NCBI GenBank assembly: GCA_938092135.1
Contig: CALLJL010000019.1
Location: 27,211-91,210 of the forward strand
Length of the DNA stretch: 64,000 bases
Source of the DNA: an uncultured bacterium
Lineage (GTDB): Bacteria > Acidobacteriota > Aminicenantia > Aminicenantales > CALLJL01
Reading direction: 5' to 3'
Each line of letters starts with the position of its first letter. Position 1 is the first letter of the stretch. The notes beneath the pieces are model-generated. The model worked only from the letters and a program-made list of their open reading frames with translations, did not search any database and had not been told where the DNA came from. This document shows positions 22,302 through 31,869 of this stretch, in pieces. The position numbers and the translations under genes are program-made.

Positions 22302-23060
22302 ATGAATTATCTTTTCCTTTTAACCAATGACGATGGTTTTCATTCTCTTGGTCTTGAAGCTCTTAGGTCTTCTCTTCAGAATTTAGCTGAAATTTATGTT
22401 GTAGCTCCAGATAGAGAAAAGAGTGCCATTTCCCTAAGTCTCAGCCTCCATCGACCTCTAAGAATTCAAACTATCCATTCCCACCTTTATGTCGTTGATG
22501 GAACTCCCGCCGATTGTATTTATCTCGCTTTAAAAATAATTTTGCCCCGTCCTCCCGATCTCGTCATTTCCGGGATCAATCATGGTCCTAATCTAGGACG
22601 CCAGGACGTGGCTTACTCCGGGACGGTCGCCGCTGCTCTTCAGGCTGCCTTTCTCGGTCTTAAGAGTTTAGCTATCTCTCTTCTTCCCGATGGCCATAAT
22701 CATTTTTCTTTTATGGAAGCAGCAGCCGTTATGAAAAAGATCATTGCTTATCTCCTTGACCACCCCTTTCCAGCCGGTATAGCTCTGAATTTTAATCTCC
22801 CCCCTCCCCCCTTCAGGGGAATTAAAATTGTTCCTCTGGGAGAGAAAAAATATAATCCAGAAATCATTGAAAGCATTGATCCCCGAGGTCGTAAATATTA
22901 TTGGATTGGCTCAGGCAATCCAGAAATGGGGCCGGTAGAGGGAACTGATATTGAAGCTGTTAAGGAGGGGTTTATTGCTTTAACCCCTCTTAGGGTCAAT
23001 TTTACGGCCTCAGAATATCTTCAGCCTTCTTTTTGGCAGGGCTTGCTTAATCTCTTTTAA
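22302..23060 (+). CDS. surE: 5'/3'-nucleotidase SurE
   Basis: LLTNDDG, VVAP, DGTPADC, SGINHGPNLG, YSGTV, DPRGRKYYW. Confidence 0.95.
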   Translation: MNYLFLLTNDDGFHSLGLEALRSSLQNLAEIYVVAPDREKSAISLSLSLHRPLRIQTIHSHLYVVDGTPADCIYLALKIILPRPPDLVISGINHGPNLGRQDVAYSGTVAAALQAAFLGLKSLAISLLPDGHNHFSFMEAAAVMKKIIAYLLDHPFPAGIALNFNLPPPPFRGIKIVPLGEKKYNPEIIESIDPRGRKYYWIGSGNPEMGPVEGTDIEAVKEGFIALTPLRVNFTASEYLQPSFWQGLLNLF

Positions 23061-23090
23061 AATAAATTACCAATCCCATTAACGAAGTTC

Positions 23091-23753
23091 TTAATTTTTC
23101 TCTTGAAGTACGAATTTCTTCTTTCTTTTTTGTCGCCAGAATTCCTGAAGAGCAGGTATTAAGGAAATCAGAATTATAACAATTATTACCAAGCTGAAAT
23201 TTCTTTTAATAAAGGGAATATTACCGAAAAAATAGCCCCCAAATACGAACAAAGCAACCCAAAGAATACCTCCAATTACGTTGTAACTTAAAAAACGACT
23301 GTAACTCATCCGGCCGATTCCAGCCACGAAAGGAGCAAATGTCCTGATGATGGGCACAAAGCGAGCAATAATTATGGTTTCGGCCCCATATTTTTCGTAG
23401 AATTCATGGGTTCGGTCAAGATATTCCCGCCGAAAAAAACGACTTTTTTCTTTCCTAAAAACTTTTGGACCGATAAAATGGCCGATCCAGTAATTAGCGG
23501 TATCACCAAGTATAGCCGCAGCACTTAAAAGGGCAAAAAGAGCTAAAGGATTTAGGGCCCCTATAGAGGCCATAGCCCCGGCCGCAAAAAGTAAAGAATC
23601 GCCAGGTAGAAAGGGGGTGACAACAAATCCAGTTTCAAAGAAAATGATTAAAAAGAGGATAAAATAAGTCCAAAGGCCAAAATTTTGAATGACTGTACCG
23701 AGGTGCCGATCGAGATGAAGAATAAAATCAATTAAATGGCCAATAATTTCCAT
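23091..23753 (-). CDS. DedA family membrane protein
   Basis: FFETG..PFLPGDSLLFAAG, ARFVPIIRTFAPFVAG. Confidence 0.93.
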   Translation of the reverse strand: MEIIGHLIDFILHLDRHLGTVIQNFGLWTYFILFLIIFFETGFVVTPFLPGDSLLFAAGAMASIGALNPLALFALLSAAAILGDTANYWIGHFIGPKVFRKEKSRFFRREYLDRTHEFYEKYGAETIIIARFVPIIRTFAPFVAGIGRMSYSRFLSYNVIGGILWVALFVFGGYFFGNIPFIKRNFSLVIIVIILISLIPALQEFWRQKRKKKFVLQEKN

Positions 23754-23818
23754 TTTTTCAAAACAAAGTCTTTACTTTAAATTAAAATGGTCTAGTTGTC
23801 AAAAAATATGGCTTTTTT

Positions 23819-24634
23819 TTATTTCGAAGAGGTTTTAGCTTGATAATAAAAAGGCTGGGGCAACCGATATTCAGGCACATCCAATAATAAAGCTATTTCC
23901 CTGAGCTTGATTTGGATAGCGGCTACATTATCCGGACCCATTCTGAGTAAATGCTTCTGAGCCTCGCTCAGCTCTTCAAGAAAGGGATCAACCATATAAT
24001 AATTAAAAACCCCTCTTTCGACGACTATTTCATTCTCCACAATGGGGGTCCGGAGAAGTTCTAAAATGGCCCGAATCAGGGTGGCTTCAAAATCGGCCGC
24101 CGGGTAACCTAATTCTCGATAGGCTTCCTGAAATAGAGGTTTGAGACTGCGAAATAAATTAACACAGCCCTTGGAATCGAGAGAAATGAAAACGTCCACC
24201 AAAGGATCGTAGCGTCGGTAACTAGCCTGATCAATTACCAGGCGGTCGCCCCTTTTAACCACACTGAAAGGGCCCTTAGGATAAAAGAAATCCACCTGCC
24301 TTCTGGGGCTTTGACCATTAGCAATATTATCGACAGCCGCAGTAAATTTACGAATTATGTTTTTTGTTTTAAGCCAAGTAGCGAGGCGAGGATGAGTAGA
24401 GATTTCTCTCGCAATTGTTCGGATATAATCATCGCTTTCGGCCATATTTACCGGAGCCACCTCTTCCTTTTTCTCCTCTATTACAGGCAAAGTGACTTCT
24501 TCTTTTGGCTTAACCTGAATCTTTTCTTGAGGTTCTTTTTTCTTGACCAACCAGAAATAACTGGCCAAGATAACGACAAAAAGGATAAGCAAAAGAACAA
24601 GAGCATTGCGCCAGACTTTCATTGTCTCTTCCAT
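23819..24634 (-). CDS. DUF3014-like membrane-anchored protein
   Basis: N-terminal TM, SDDYIR, VDNIANG, SYRRYD, PLFQEAYRELGYP, LSEAQKHLLRMGP. Confidence 0.75.
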   Translation of the reverse strand: MEETMKVWRNALVLLLILFVVILASYFWLVKKKEPQEKIQVKPKEEVTLPVIEEKKEEVAPVNMAESDDYIRTIAREISTHPRLATWLKTKNIIRKFTAAVDNIANGQSPRRQVDFFYPKGPFSVVKRGDRLVIDQASYRRYDPLVDVFISLDSKGCVNLFRSLKPLFQEAYRELGYPAADFEATLIRAILELLRTPIVENEIVVERGVFNYYMVDPFLEELSEAQKHLLRMGPDNVAAIQIKLREIALLLDVPEYRLPQPFYYQAKTSSK

Positions 24635-25425
24635 TTTACCCCCTCTTTAACTTTTTTTACCCTAATATCCCCTTTCATCGATCTTAAAACTATTCTTGCC
24701 TTTCCTTCATTTAGAGTAGTAACCACAAAATTACTCGAAGTATCTTCGATGGGAAAATCAAAAGTGAGGCGACCATTTATGGCCTCAGCTTCTATGCTGG
24801 CTGCAGCCTCCGGCTCCAAGAAAAGGGTAATATCGCCTTCTTTGGTTATAAGAGTGATTTCATCATTCTCTCTCAAATCAAGGACTTCAACCTCAATATC
24901 TCCAACCGCCACCGAAGCTTCAAGAGAACCTGAAAAATTATTAATTTCCAGGTTGCCTTTTTCCAGATTTATTTTGGCTGAACCATATAAATCCCGAATA
25001 GAAAGGTTTCCTTCTTTCAAATTGATAAATCCAAGGTTAATATTTCTGGGAACATTCATCTCGATCTTTACCGGAAATAGAGTCTGCTTTCGGCCTTCAA
25101 TTTTAATCTTTAAGTCCGATTTAAGAATCTCCGTCTTGACCTGAGGGATTGATTGGCGCCAGTTGGTGACCGTTATCCCCCGTCGATAAAAAGGCAAACT
25201 TTGAGAAGCCACCAGCCTGACTTCTTCTTTCTTTTGTCCAATTATTTCCAACTCGACTTCAATGTCTTCAACCTCCAAGTCAATTCTTCCGCCTGAGGAA
25301 AGGGGATAACGATGATCAAAAAAGACTTGACCGGGCCAGTGGGAGCCTGCAGAGTAATAGGGAACGTAAATTAAAGCGCAGGAGGTAAAAAAAATAAAAG
25401 AAAAAATAATAATTGTAACCCGCAT
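24619..25425 (-). CDS. DUF4097/adhesin-like beta-repeat lipoprotein
   Basis: Lipoprotein-like signal MRVTIIIFSFIFFTSC, repeated GNL/GDI beta units; the ORF track extends to 25518. Confidence 0.65.
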   Translation of the reverse strand: MRVTIIIFSFIFFTSCALIYVPYYSAGSHWPGQVFFDHRYPLSSGGRIDLEVEDIEVELEIIGQKKEEVRLVASQSLPFYRRGITVTNWRQSIPQVKTEILKSDLKIKIEGRKQTLFPVKIEMNVPRNINLGFINLKEGNLSIRDLYGSAKINLEKGNLEINNFSGSLEASVAVGDIEVEVLDLRENDEITLITKEGDITLFLEPEAAASIEAEAINGRLTFDFPIEDTSSNFVVTTLNEGKARIVLRSMKGDIRVKKVKEGVKWKRQ

Positions 25426-25510
25426 GATCAAGATCTTTTTCTTATCTTTATTTATTTTATTTAATTTTGCCCTTTTTGAACAGTCTTTTATAGGAAAAAA
25501 ATGGAGGAAT

Positions 25511-26263
25511 TTAACCATATCGGCCGGTTATATATTCTTCAGTTCGCCTATCAGCCGGAGCTGTAAAAATTTGTTCAGTTTCACCAAACTCAATCAATTC
25601 TCCCAAAAGAAAATAACCAGTAAAGTCCGACACCCTAGCTGCCTGCTGCATATTATGGGTAACAATGACAATAGTATATTGCTTTTTCAAATCAAACATC
25701 AATTCTTCAATTCGAGCGGTGGCGATTGGATCAAGGGCTGAACAGGGTTCATCCATCAGCAGAATCTCTGGTTCCACAGCCAAAACACGGGCCAGGCAGA
25801 GTCGCTGCTGCTGTTCCAAGGAAAGAGAAAGGGCATTTTTCCTTAAATGATCCTTAAGTTCATCCCAGAGTTGAACGGCTTCAAGGCTTCTCACCAGTCT
25901 TTCCTCCATGAGTTTTCGATCATTTATTCCATGAACCTTAAGTCCATAGAGAATATTGGCTTCAATGCTCAACGGAAAAGGATTGGGGCGCTGAAAGACC
26001 ATGCCAACGCGGCGTCTGAGTTCCAGTAGATCAATATCTTCTCGATAGATATCAACACCATCTATAATTACCTCCCCTACAATTCGAGCCTCATCGATAA
26101 GATCGTTCATTCGATTCAAACAACGAAGAAATGTGGTCTTGCCACAACCGGAAGGTCCGATAAGAGCTGTTATTTTCTGCTTATTTATTTTCATACTGAC
26201 ATCTTTTAGGGCCTGAAATTGTCCATAAAATACTGAAAGTTTATTAACTTCAATGGCAATCAT
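25511..26263 (-). CDS. pstB: Phosphate ABC transporter ATPase (signature degenerate: LSLEQ)
   Basis: [52 protein letters not shown]. Confidence 0.93.
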   Translation of the reverse strand: MIAIEVNKLSVFYGQFQALKDVSMKINKQKITALIGPSGCGKTTFLRCLNRMNDLIDEARIVGEVIIDGVDIYREDIDLLELRRRVGMVFQRPNPFPLSIEANILYGLKVHGINDRKLMEERLVRSLEAVQLWDELKDHLRKNALSLSLEQQQRLCLARVLAVEPEILLMDEPCSALDPIATARIEELMFDLKKQYTIVIVTHNMQQAARVSDFTGYFLLGELIEFGETEQIFTAPADRRTEEYITGRYG

Positions 26264-26266
26264 GAT

Positions 26267-27031
26267 TTATCCAAATCGTCCTGAAATATAATCATTTGTT
26301 CGCCTGTCTCGCGGCGCAGTAAAAAGCCTATCTGTTCGGTCGATTTCGATGAGTTCTCCCGAAAGAAAGAAGGCAGTCCGATCAGATACCCGAGCGGCCT
26401 GCTTGGTATTATTGGTCACAAGAATAATCGTATAGTTATTTTTCAGCTCCATGAGAGATTCTTCAATTTTCATCGTAGAAACTGGATCAAGACCGGAGCA
26501 AGGTTCATCAAGAAGAATGAATTCTGGCCGCATAGCCAAGACGCGGGCTATACAAAGGCGCTGTTGTTGACCTCCGGAAAGTTTGAGGGCACTTGAATGA
26601 AGCCGGTCTTTGACTTCATTCCAGAGAGCAACTTTCTGCAGGGAATCGATCACTCGGCTTTCAATTAATTTTTTATCCTTCACTCCAGCCATTCTCAAAC
26701 CAAAGGCAACATTTTCGAAAATAGATCTAGGCAGCGGCACAGGTAAAGCAAAAACCATTCCCACCTTTCGTCTGAGCTCAGTAATATTAACTTCGGGGAA
26801 ATAAATATTCTGGCCATTTATTTCAATGGTACCTTCAATCTTTGTTTCCGCCCTAATTTCATTCATCCGGTTTAGACAACGAAGAAAACTTGATTTGCCA
26901 CTTCCAGCCGGACCAATGATGCTGAGAATTTCATTTTTAAAGACTTCAAAATTAAGATTTTTAAGAATTTGAGAAGAGCCGACATAGTAACTGAAATCTT
27001 TAACTTTAATGACTACTTCTTTTCCCATCAT
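26267..27031 (-). CDS. pstB: Phosphate ABC transporter ATPase (Q-loop and H-loop degenerate)
   Basis: GPAGSGKSS, LNRMNE, MVFALP, LSGGQQQRL, LLDEPCSGLDP, VTNNTKQAAR, YISGRFG. Confidence 0.92.
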   Translation of the reverse strand: MMGKEVVIKVKDFSYYVGSSQILKNLNFEVFKNEILSIIGPAGSGKSSFLRCLNRMNEIRAETKIEGTIEINGQNIYFPEVNITELRRKVGMVFALPVPLPRSIFENVAFGLRMAGVKDKKLIESRVIDSLQKVALWNEVKDRLHSSALKLSGGQQQRLCIARVLAMRPEFILLDEPCSGLDPVSTMKIEESLMELKNNYTIILVTNNTKQAARVSDRTAFFLSGELIEIDRTDRLFTAPRDRRTNDYISGRFG

Positions 27032-27870
27032 GTATATTTCCTCAAGAACCGGTTCATCAAATAGTAGGTAATTACATTTATCAGAAGAATGGAGATGATT
27101 AAAACAGCAGCTGTGCCATAGGCTTTGGATAAAGAAATACCTTCCCGGGCTAGAATATAAAAATGGACCGACATTGTTCGAGTAGAAGAGAAAAGAGAGG
27201 TGGGCAGACGGAGGGCAGAGCCAGCGGTAAAAATTACTGCCGCTGTCTCACCAATACTTCGGCCTATACTTAAAATCACTCCAGTAGATATGCCTGGCAA
27301 AGCCGAGGGCAGGACAACGCGACTCACAGTCTGCCATTTAGTGCCACCTAAGGAGAAACTTACTTCGCGGTAGGCCTGAGGCACAAACTTAATGGCTTCT
27401 TCACTTGTCCGAATTATCGTAGGAAGGACCATAAAGGCTAAAGTTAAACTGCCACTTAAAATTGACCACCCGAATTTTAATTTGGTCACAAAAAGAATAA
27501 AACCAAAAAGGCCAAAAATGATCGAAGGAATGCCAGCCAGACATTCAGAGCCAAAGCGAATGATTCTCGTCAGGGATCCTTCAACAGTGTATTCAGTTAA
27601 AAAAATAGCTGTCCCCACACCAAGCGGTGTCGCAATCACCAGAGCCAAAATAATTAAAACGATGGTTCCAATGATGGTGGAAAAAATTCCGCCTTCTTTT
27701 CCCGTTTCAATGGGATTTTGGGTTAGAAATTTCCAGCTAATTACAGGCAAGCCATGCCTTAGGATAAAAAAGATAATAAAAGCAAGGATAAAAAGACTTA
27801 AAGCCGTCAAGCCAAAAAGTAACCGGCGAACAATAGCCTGTTCTTTCCGCGGTGAAAGACGCAAACTCAT
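27028..27870 (-). CDS. pstA: Phosphate ABC transporter permease PstA
   Basis: LAGIPSIIFGLFG, LPTIIRTSEEA, GRSIGETAA. Confidence 0.93.
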   Translation of the reverse strand: MSLRLSPRKEQAIVRRLLFGLTALSLFILAFIIFFILRHGLPVISWKFLTQNPIETGKEGGIFSTIIGTIVLIILALVIATPLGVGTAIFLTEYTVEGSLTRIIRFGSECLAGIPSIIFGLFGFILFVTKLKFGWSILSGSLTLAFMVLPTIIRTSEEAIKFVPQAYREVSFSLGGTKWQTVSRVVLPSALPGISTGVILSIGRSIGETAAVIFTAGSALRLPTSLFSSTRTMSVHFYILAREGISLSKAYGTAAVLIISILLINVITYYLMNRFLRKYT

Positions 27871-28742
27871 CGGGACATCTTTCTTGAGGTCAAGTTGGCT
27901 ACTGTATTTAAAACCATAATGATTATAAAGAGGATAACCCCGGTAGCGAAAAGAGCTTGGCGATGCTCGCCACTGGCATAACCCATTTCAAGAGCAATAT
28001 TAGAGGTAAGAGTTCTAACTGGATCCAGAATCGTGCGAGGTAAAGAAGTGGCATTACCGGCAATCATGATGACCGCCATCGTCTCCCCTACCGCCCGGCC
28101 CATTCCTAAAATAATACTAGCAATAATGCCTGACCTGGCCGCAGGAAGCAGGACCATCCGGGTTGTTTGCCATTCGGTAGCACCAAGGGCAATGGAACCT
28201 TCTCGATAAGCTGGAGGCAGAGCCATAAGGGAATCAATGGAAATACTTAAAATAGTGGGCAAAATCATTATTCCCAAAATAATAGAGGCAGTCAGAACAG
28301 AGAAGCCCGGGCCGCCAAAGTTTTCGCGAACAAAAGGAACAAGAATCACAACTCCAATAAAGCCATAAACAACTGAAGGAATACCAGCCAAAAGCTCAAT
28401 CATCGGCTTGACTACCATCCTGACTTTTTTGGAGCTGAATTGAGTTAGATAGATGGCGCCAGCCAGACCAAGGGGAACACCAATAATCATTGCGCCGACG
28501 GTAACCATAAGGGAACCAATTATCATGGGAAGGAGACCGAAATGGCCTTCAGTGGGATACCAGTCAAGACTAAAAAGAAATTTCTTAAAACCATGGCGAA
28601 ACATAATGGGCAGGCCTTCAGTAAAAATAAAGACCGAAATTAAAGCCAGAATAGAAATAGCTGAGAGAGCTGTGGCTAAAAGAAAGAGTCGGATCAATTT
28701 CTCTTTACTTTCAGTACCCTTCATCGTAGTTCTATTGCCCAA
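27867..28742 (-). CDS. pstC: Phosphate ABC transporter permease PstC
   Basis: ELLAGIPSVVYG, LGMGRAVGETMAV, ALFATGVILF. Confidence 0.94.
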   Translation of the reverse strand: MGNRTTMKGTESKEKLIRLFLLATALSAISILALISVFIFTEGLPIMFRHGFKKFLFSLDWYPTEGHFGLLPMIIGSLMVTVGAMIIGVPLGLAGAIYLTQFSSKKVRMVVKPMIELLAGIPSVVYGFIGVVILVPFVRENFGGPGFSVLTASIILGIMILPTILSISIDSLMALPPAYREGSIALGATEWQTTRMVLLPAARSGIIASIILGMGRAVGETMAVIMIAGNATSLPRTILDPVRTLTSNIALEMGYASGEHRQALFATGVILFIIIMVLNTVANLTSRKMSR

Positions 28743-29610
28743 CTTTTGCCTCGGTCATTACTAAATTCGCCGGGATTAATCCCTGTCGCTTAATTAATTC
28801 CTGCCCTTCTGAGGAAAGAATAAATTGAATAAAATCATGGGTCTCATCTGTTGGGGGTCCATTGGTAACAAGAATAAAAGGCCGAACAAGCCGGTAACGA
28901 CGGCTCATTATATTCTCTAGAGAAGGTTCAATTCCGTCAAGCTTTATCGCTTTAACCCTTTTCTCGACCAAACCAAGGGAAATATAACCAATAGCGTAGG
29001 GATTACCAGCTACCACTTCCCTCACGGTGCCATTGGAATCTTGAACGATTGACTTTTTCGTAATTCGCTCCTTTCCCATGACCATTTCTTGAAAAGCACC
29101 TCTCGTTCCTGAACCTTCTTCTCGGGTAACTACATGGATATTATGGTCTGGTCCACCAACCTCCTTCCAAGAAACAATCTGGCCAGCAAAAATTTTTCTC
29201 ACTTCTTCTAGGGACAGATCTTCAATTGGATTTGAAGGATGAATAATAATTGCCAAACCATCCCAAGCCACAATAAATTCCTGAAGGACCTTTTCCTGGG
29301 GCTTTAGCTCTCGAGAACTCATGCCAATTTGAGCTGCCCCGGTCATTGCCGCCTGAATACCAGCACTTGATCCCCCTCCCTGAACATTGATTAATCTACC
29401 TGGATACTTGGCCATAAAAACTTCAGCCCATTGATCAGCAAAGGGCTGAATACTCGTTGAACCGGCGATAGTTATGCCTTTTTGAGCAGGCTTAAGAGAA
29501 CAGGAAGAAAAAATAAACAGAGTGAAAAAAAAGAGGGGAAAAAAGGAAAAAATATTAAAGCTGGAAAAGAATTCAGCCTTTTCTTTAAAAGTTCGGCCCT
29601 TACTTTTCAT
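28732..29610 (-). CDS. pstS: Phosphate-binding lipoprotein PstS
   Basis: Lipobox FSSC, IAGSTS, GGGSSAG, IGMSSR, REEGSGTRGAF, IGYIS, RPF. Confidence 0.93.
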   Translation of the reverse strand: MKSKGRTFKEKAEFFSSFNIFSFFPLFFFTLFIFSSCSLKPAQKGITIAGSTSIQPFADQWAEVFMAKYPGRLINVQGGGSSAGIQAAMTGAAQIGMSSRELKPQEKVLQEFIVAWDGLAIIIHPSNPIEDLSLEEVRKIFAGQIVSWKEVGGPDHNIHVVTREEGSGTRGAFQEMVMGKERITKKSIVQDSNGTVREVVAGNPYAIGYISLGLVEKRVKAIKLDGIEPSLENIMSRRYRLVRPFILVTNGPPTDETHDFIQFILSSEGQELIKRQGLIPANLVMTEAKVGQ

Positions 29611-29692
29611 CCAAAAATTAACCTTTCTTAGATATCGCTATTTAGTCCAGACAGCTCAATCATTTAGATATATCCTAGCCTAGATTAACGTG

Positions 29693-31606
29693 TCAATCAG
29701 ATGAAATCGATGAAGAAGATGATGATGTTTTTGTCTTGACTGTCGTCTCCAGGGAAAGATCGAGTTCCCTTAATTTGTTTTCAAATTCAGCTTTTTTGGC
29801 TTCATAGATTTTTAGCCACTTATCCATTTCCTCCCACAGCGAATCAATCTCCTTTTTTAGGGATCTCCATTTTTTAGTTAGCTCGCCGATTTCCTGTCCC
29901 TTTCCTTGTCTTGAGGCCTCAATAATCGCCTCCTTCAGACTCTGAATTTCGGCCTCACCTTTCTCGATTCTTTTCTCAAGCTCACTAATCTTTTCTTCTA
30001 TCGGTTTGAGGGCGACTGATTTAGCGACAATAATTTCCGAACGAAGCCGTCGCCATAGTTTGCGGGATAGAATAGGTTTCTCCACCCTTTCTTCCTGTTT
30101 TAAGGAAGCCTTAAGCTCCTTTTCCTCTTCCCACCCAACTTTTTCCAGAAAATGATTATAATCCATTTCATAGACTGTAATCCGGCCACCTTGAAAAACC
30201 ACAAGCCTTTCCGCCAGAGCCCGAAGAATCATCTCATTATGGGTCACCATTACTACGGCACCCTCAAAATTATCCAGCGCGGTCAGAAGAGCATCGCAGG
30301 ATTCAAGGTCAAGATGATTGGTGGGCTCATCGAGGATTAATAAATTAACTGGCCTAGCAAGTATTTTAGCTAATAAGACCCGACTTTTTTCACCCCCTGA
30401 AAGTACAGCAATCTTTTTAAGAGCTTTATCGCCCTCAAACATCATGGTTCCACATATTTGCCTGGCTCGCTGGGGATCGCCCTGGGGATCAGCGGCCATA
30501 ACCTCCTCAAGAACAGTTCTCTCCTCATTCAAAGTGGCCAAACCCGATTGTTCATAAAGGCCAAGGCTGACCTTTGGAGGAATATTTACTTCCCCCTTTT
30601 GAGGCTTGATTAATCCAGCCATTAACTTGACGAGAGTAGTTTTCCCATAGCCATTAGGTCCGATAATAAAAACCCGATCCCGAGGGCCGACGGTCAGAGA
30701 AAAATTCTGGATTAATGGTTTCCCTGGCTCATAGCCAAACGTAACCTCATTCAAACTAAGAACATATTTGCCAAAATAAGGCTCATAACGAAAGGAAAAA
30801 TCAAGGGTTTCCAGCTTCTCCAGTTTCTCCTTCTTTTCCATTTTAGCTAAGGTTTTAATCCTCGATTGAACGAGATTGGCCAGCCTGGCCTTAGCCCGGA
30901 AGCGATTGATAAAAATTTCCATTTCCTTGCGTTTGCGCTCATCGTTAATTCTTGTTTTTTCATAGGTTTCTTCTTCCAAAGCAATTTGCTGATAATATTT
31001 TTCAGTATTCCCCTTTATTTTTTTTACTTTGCGCCGATGAATTCCGAGGATGTCAGTAACCACCGTATCCATAAAATGCCGGTCATGGGTAATGAGCATG
31101 AGTTCTCCTGGCCATTCAAGAAGATAACGGGCTAGCCAGCGAAGGGAGGTAATATCAAGATAATTATTGGGTTCATCAAGGAGAAGTAAATCATAGGGCG
31201 CTAATAATGCCCTGGCCAGATTCAATCTGACCTGAAAACCTCCAGACAAAGCAGAAGGAGGAAGGGCGAAATCTTTTGTTTTAAAGCCTAGCCCAGCTAA
31301 AACCTTTTCCACTTGCCAAGTTTCATCTGCCTCTTCAGGTCGCCTAAAACGAGCCGCTTCTTCAAAAACTGTGGCCGCTTCAAAGCGCGGTTCCTGTTCG
31401 ACATAGCCGATTAAATATTTTTTGGGCCGGATAATCTGGCCCCGATCAGGTTCTTCAAGACCGGCAATTAAGCGGAAAAGAGTTGTCTTACCATGACCGT
31501 TTCGACCAACAACTCCTATTCTTTCCCGGCGATTTATCTTGAAAGAAATGCCTTCAAAAAGAACCTGGCGGCCATAGCTTTTCCAAACATCTTCAACGAC
31601 AATCAT
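29693..31606 (-). CDS. ABC-F family ATPase
   Basis: Two NBDs (GRNGHGKTT/LSGG/DEPNN and GPNGYGKTT/LSGGE/DEPTNHLD), no TM segments, C-terminal coiled coil. Confidence 0.92.
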   Translation of the reverse strand: MIVVEDVWKSYGRQVLFEGISFKINRRERIGVVGRNGHGKTTLFRLIAGLEEPDRGQIIRPKKYLIGYVEQEPRFEAATVFEEAARFRRPEEADETWQVEKVLAGLGFKTKDFALPPSALSGGFQVRLNLARALLAPYDLLLLDEPNNYLDITSLRWLARYLLEWPGELMLITHDRHFMDTVVTDILGIHRRKVKKIKGNTEKYYQQIALEEETYEKTRINDERKRKEMEIFINRFRAKARLANLVQSRIKTLAKMEKKEKLEKLETLDFSFRYEPYFGKYVLSLNEVTFGYEPGKPLIQNFSLTVGPRDRVFIIGPNGYGKTTLVKLMAGLIKPQKGEVNIPPKVSLGLYEQSGLATLNEERTVLEEVMAADPQGDPQRARQICGTMMFEGDKALKKIAVLSGGEKSRVLLAKILARPVNLLILDEPTNHLDLESCDALLTALDNFEGAVVMVTHNEMILRALAERLVVFQGGRITVYEMDYNHFLEKVGWEEEKELKASLKQEERVEKPILSRKLWRRLRSEIIVAKSVALKPIEEKISELEKRIEKGEAEIQSLKEAIIEASRQGKGQEIGELTKKWRSLKKEIDSLWEEMDKWLKIYEAKKAEFENKLRELDLSLETTVKTKTSSSSSSISSD

Positions 31607-31869
31607 CGGCTCTTTTGTTTACTCTGTAAAATTAATTAGAAAGAAATTATAGCAAATCTAACACTTAAGCTTAACCAACAAAATCTAAGTAGATTTAGAG
31701 AAAAATTCAGCAAAAAAGATTATTCTTCTGAAAAAACTTTGATTCAGACAAGGTTCGGTTTAGTTAATTTACTTCAAGTTGAGTCTTATCAATTTGCTCT
31801 AAAAATGATTATCGTTTATAATAAAAATAATTTCCTTTAAGAGGGGTCAATAGAATTAAGGTCTCAACC

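Noticed and set aside
24311..25144. 277-aa plus-strand ORF
   Set aside because: Antisense shadow of the DUF3014 and DUF4097 genes, with no motifs.
27392..27919. 175-aa plus-strand ORF and the similar short antisense ORFs throughout the track
   Set aside because: They lie opposite well-supported genes (here pstA) and have no recognisable features.
29611..29692. Pho box upstream of pstS
   Set aside because: No CTGTCAT-like 11-bp-periodic repeat; only weak ATATCTAA repeats.
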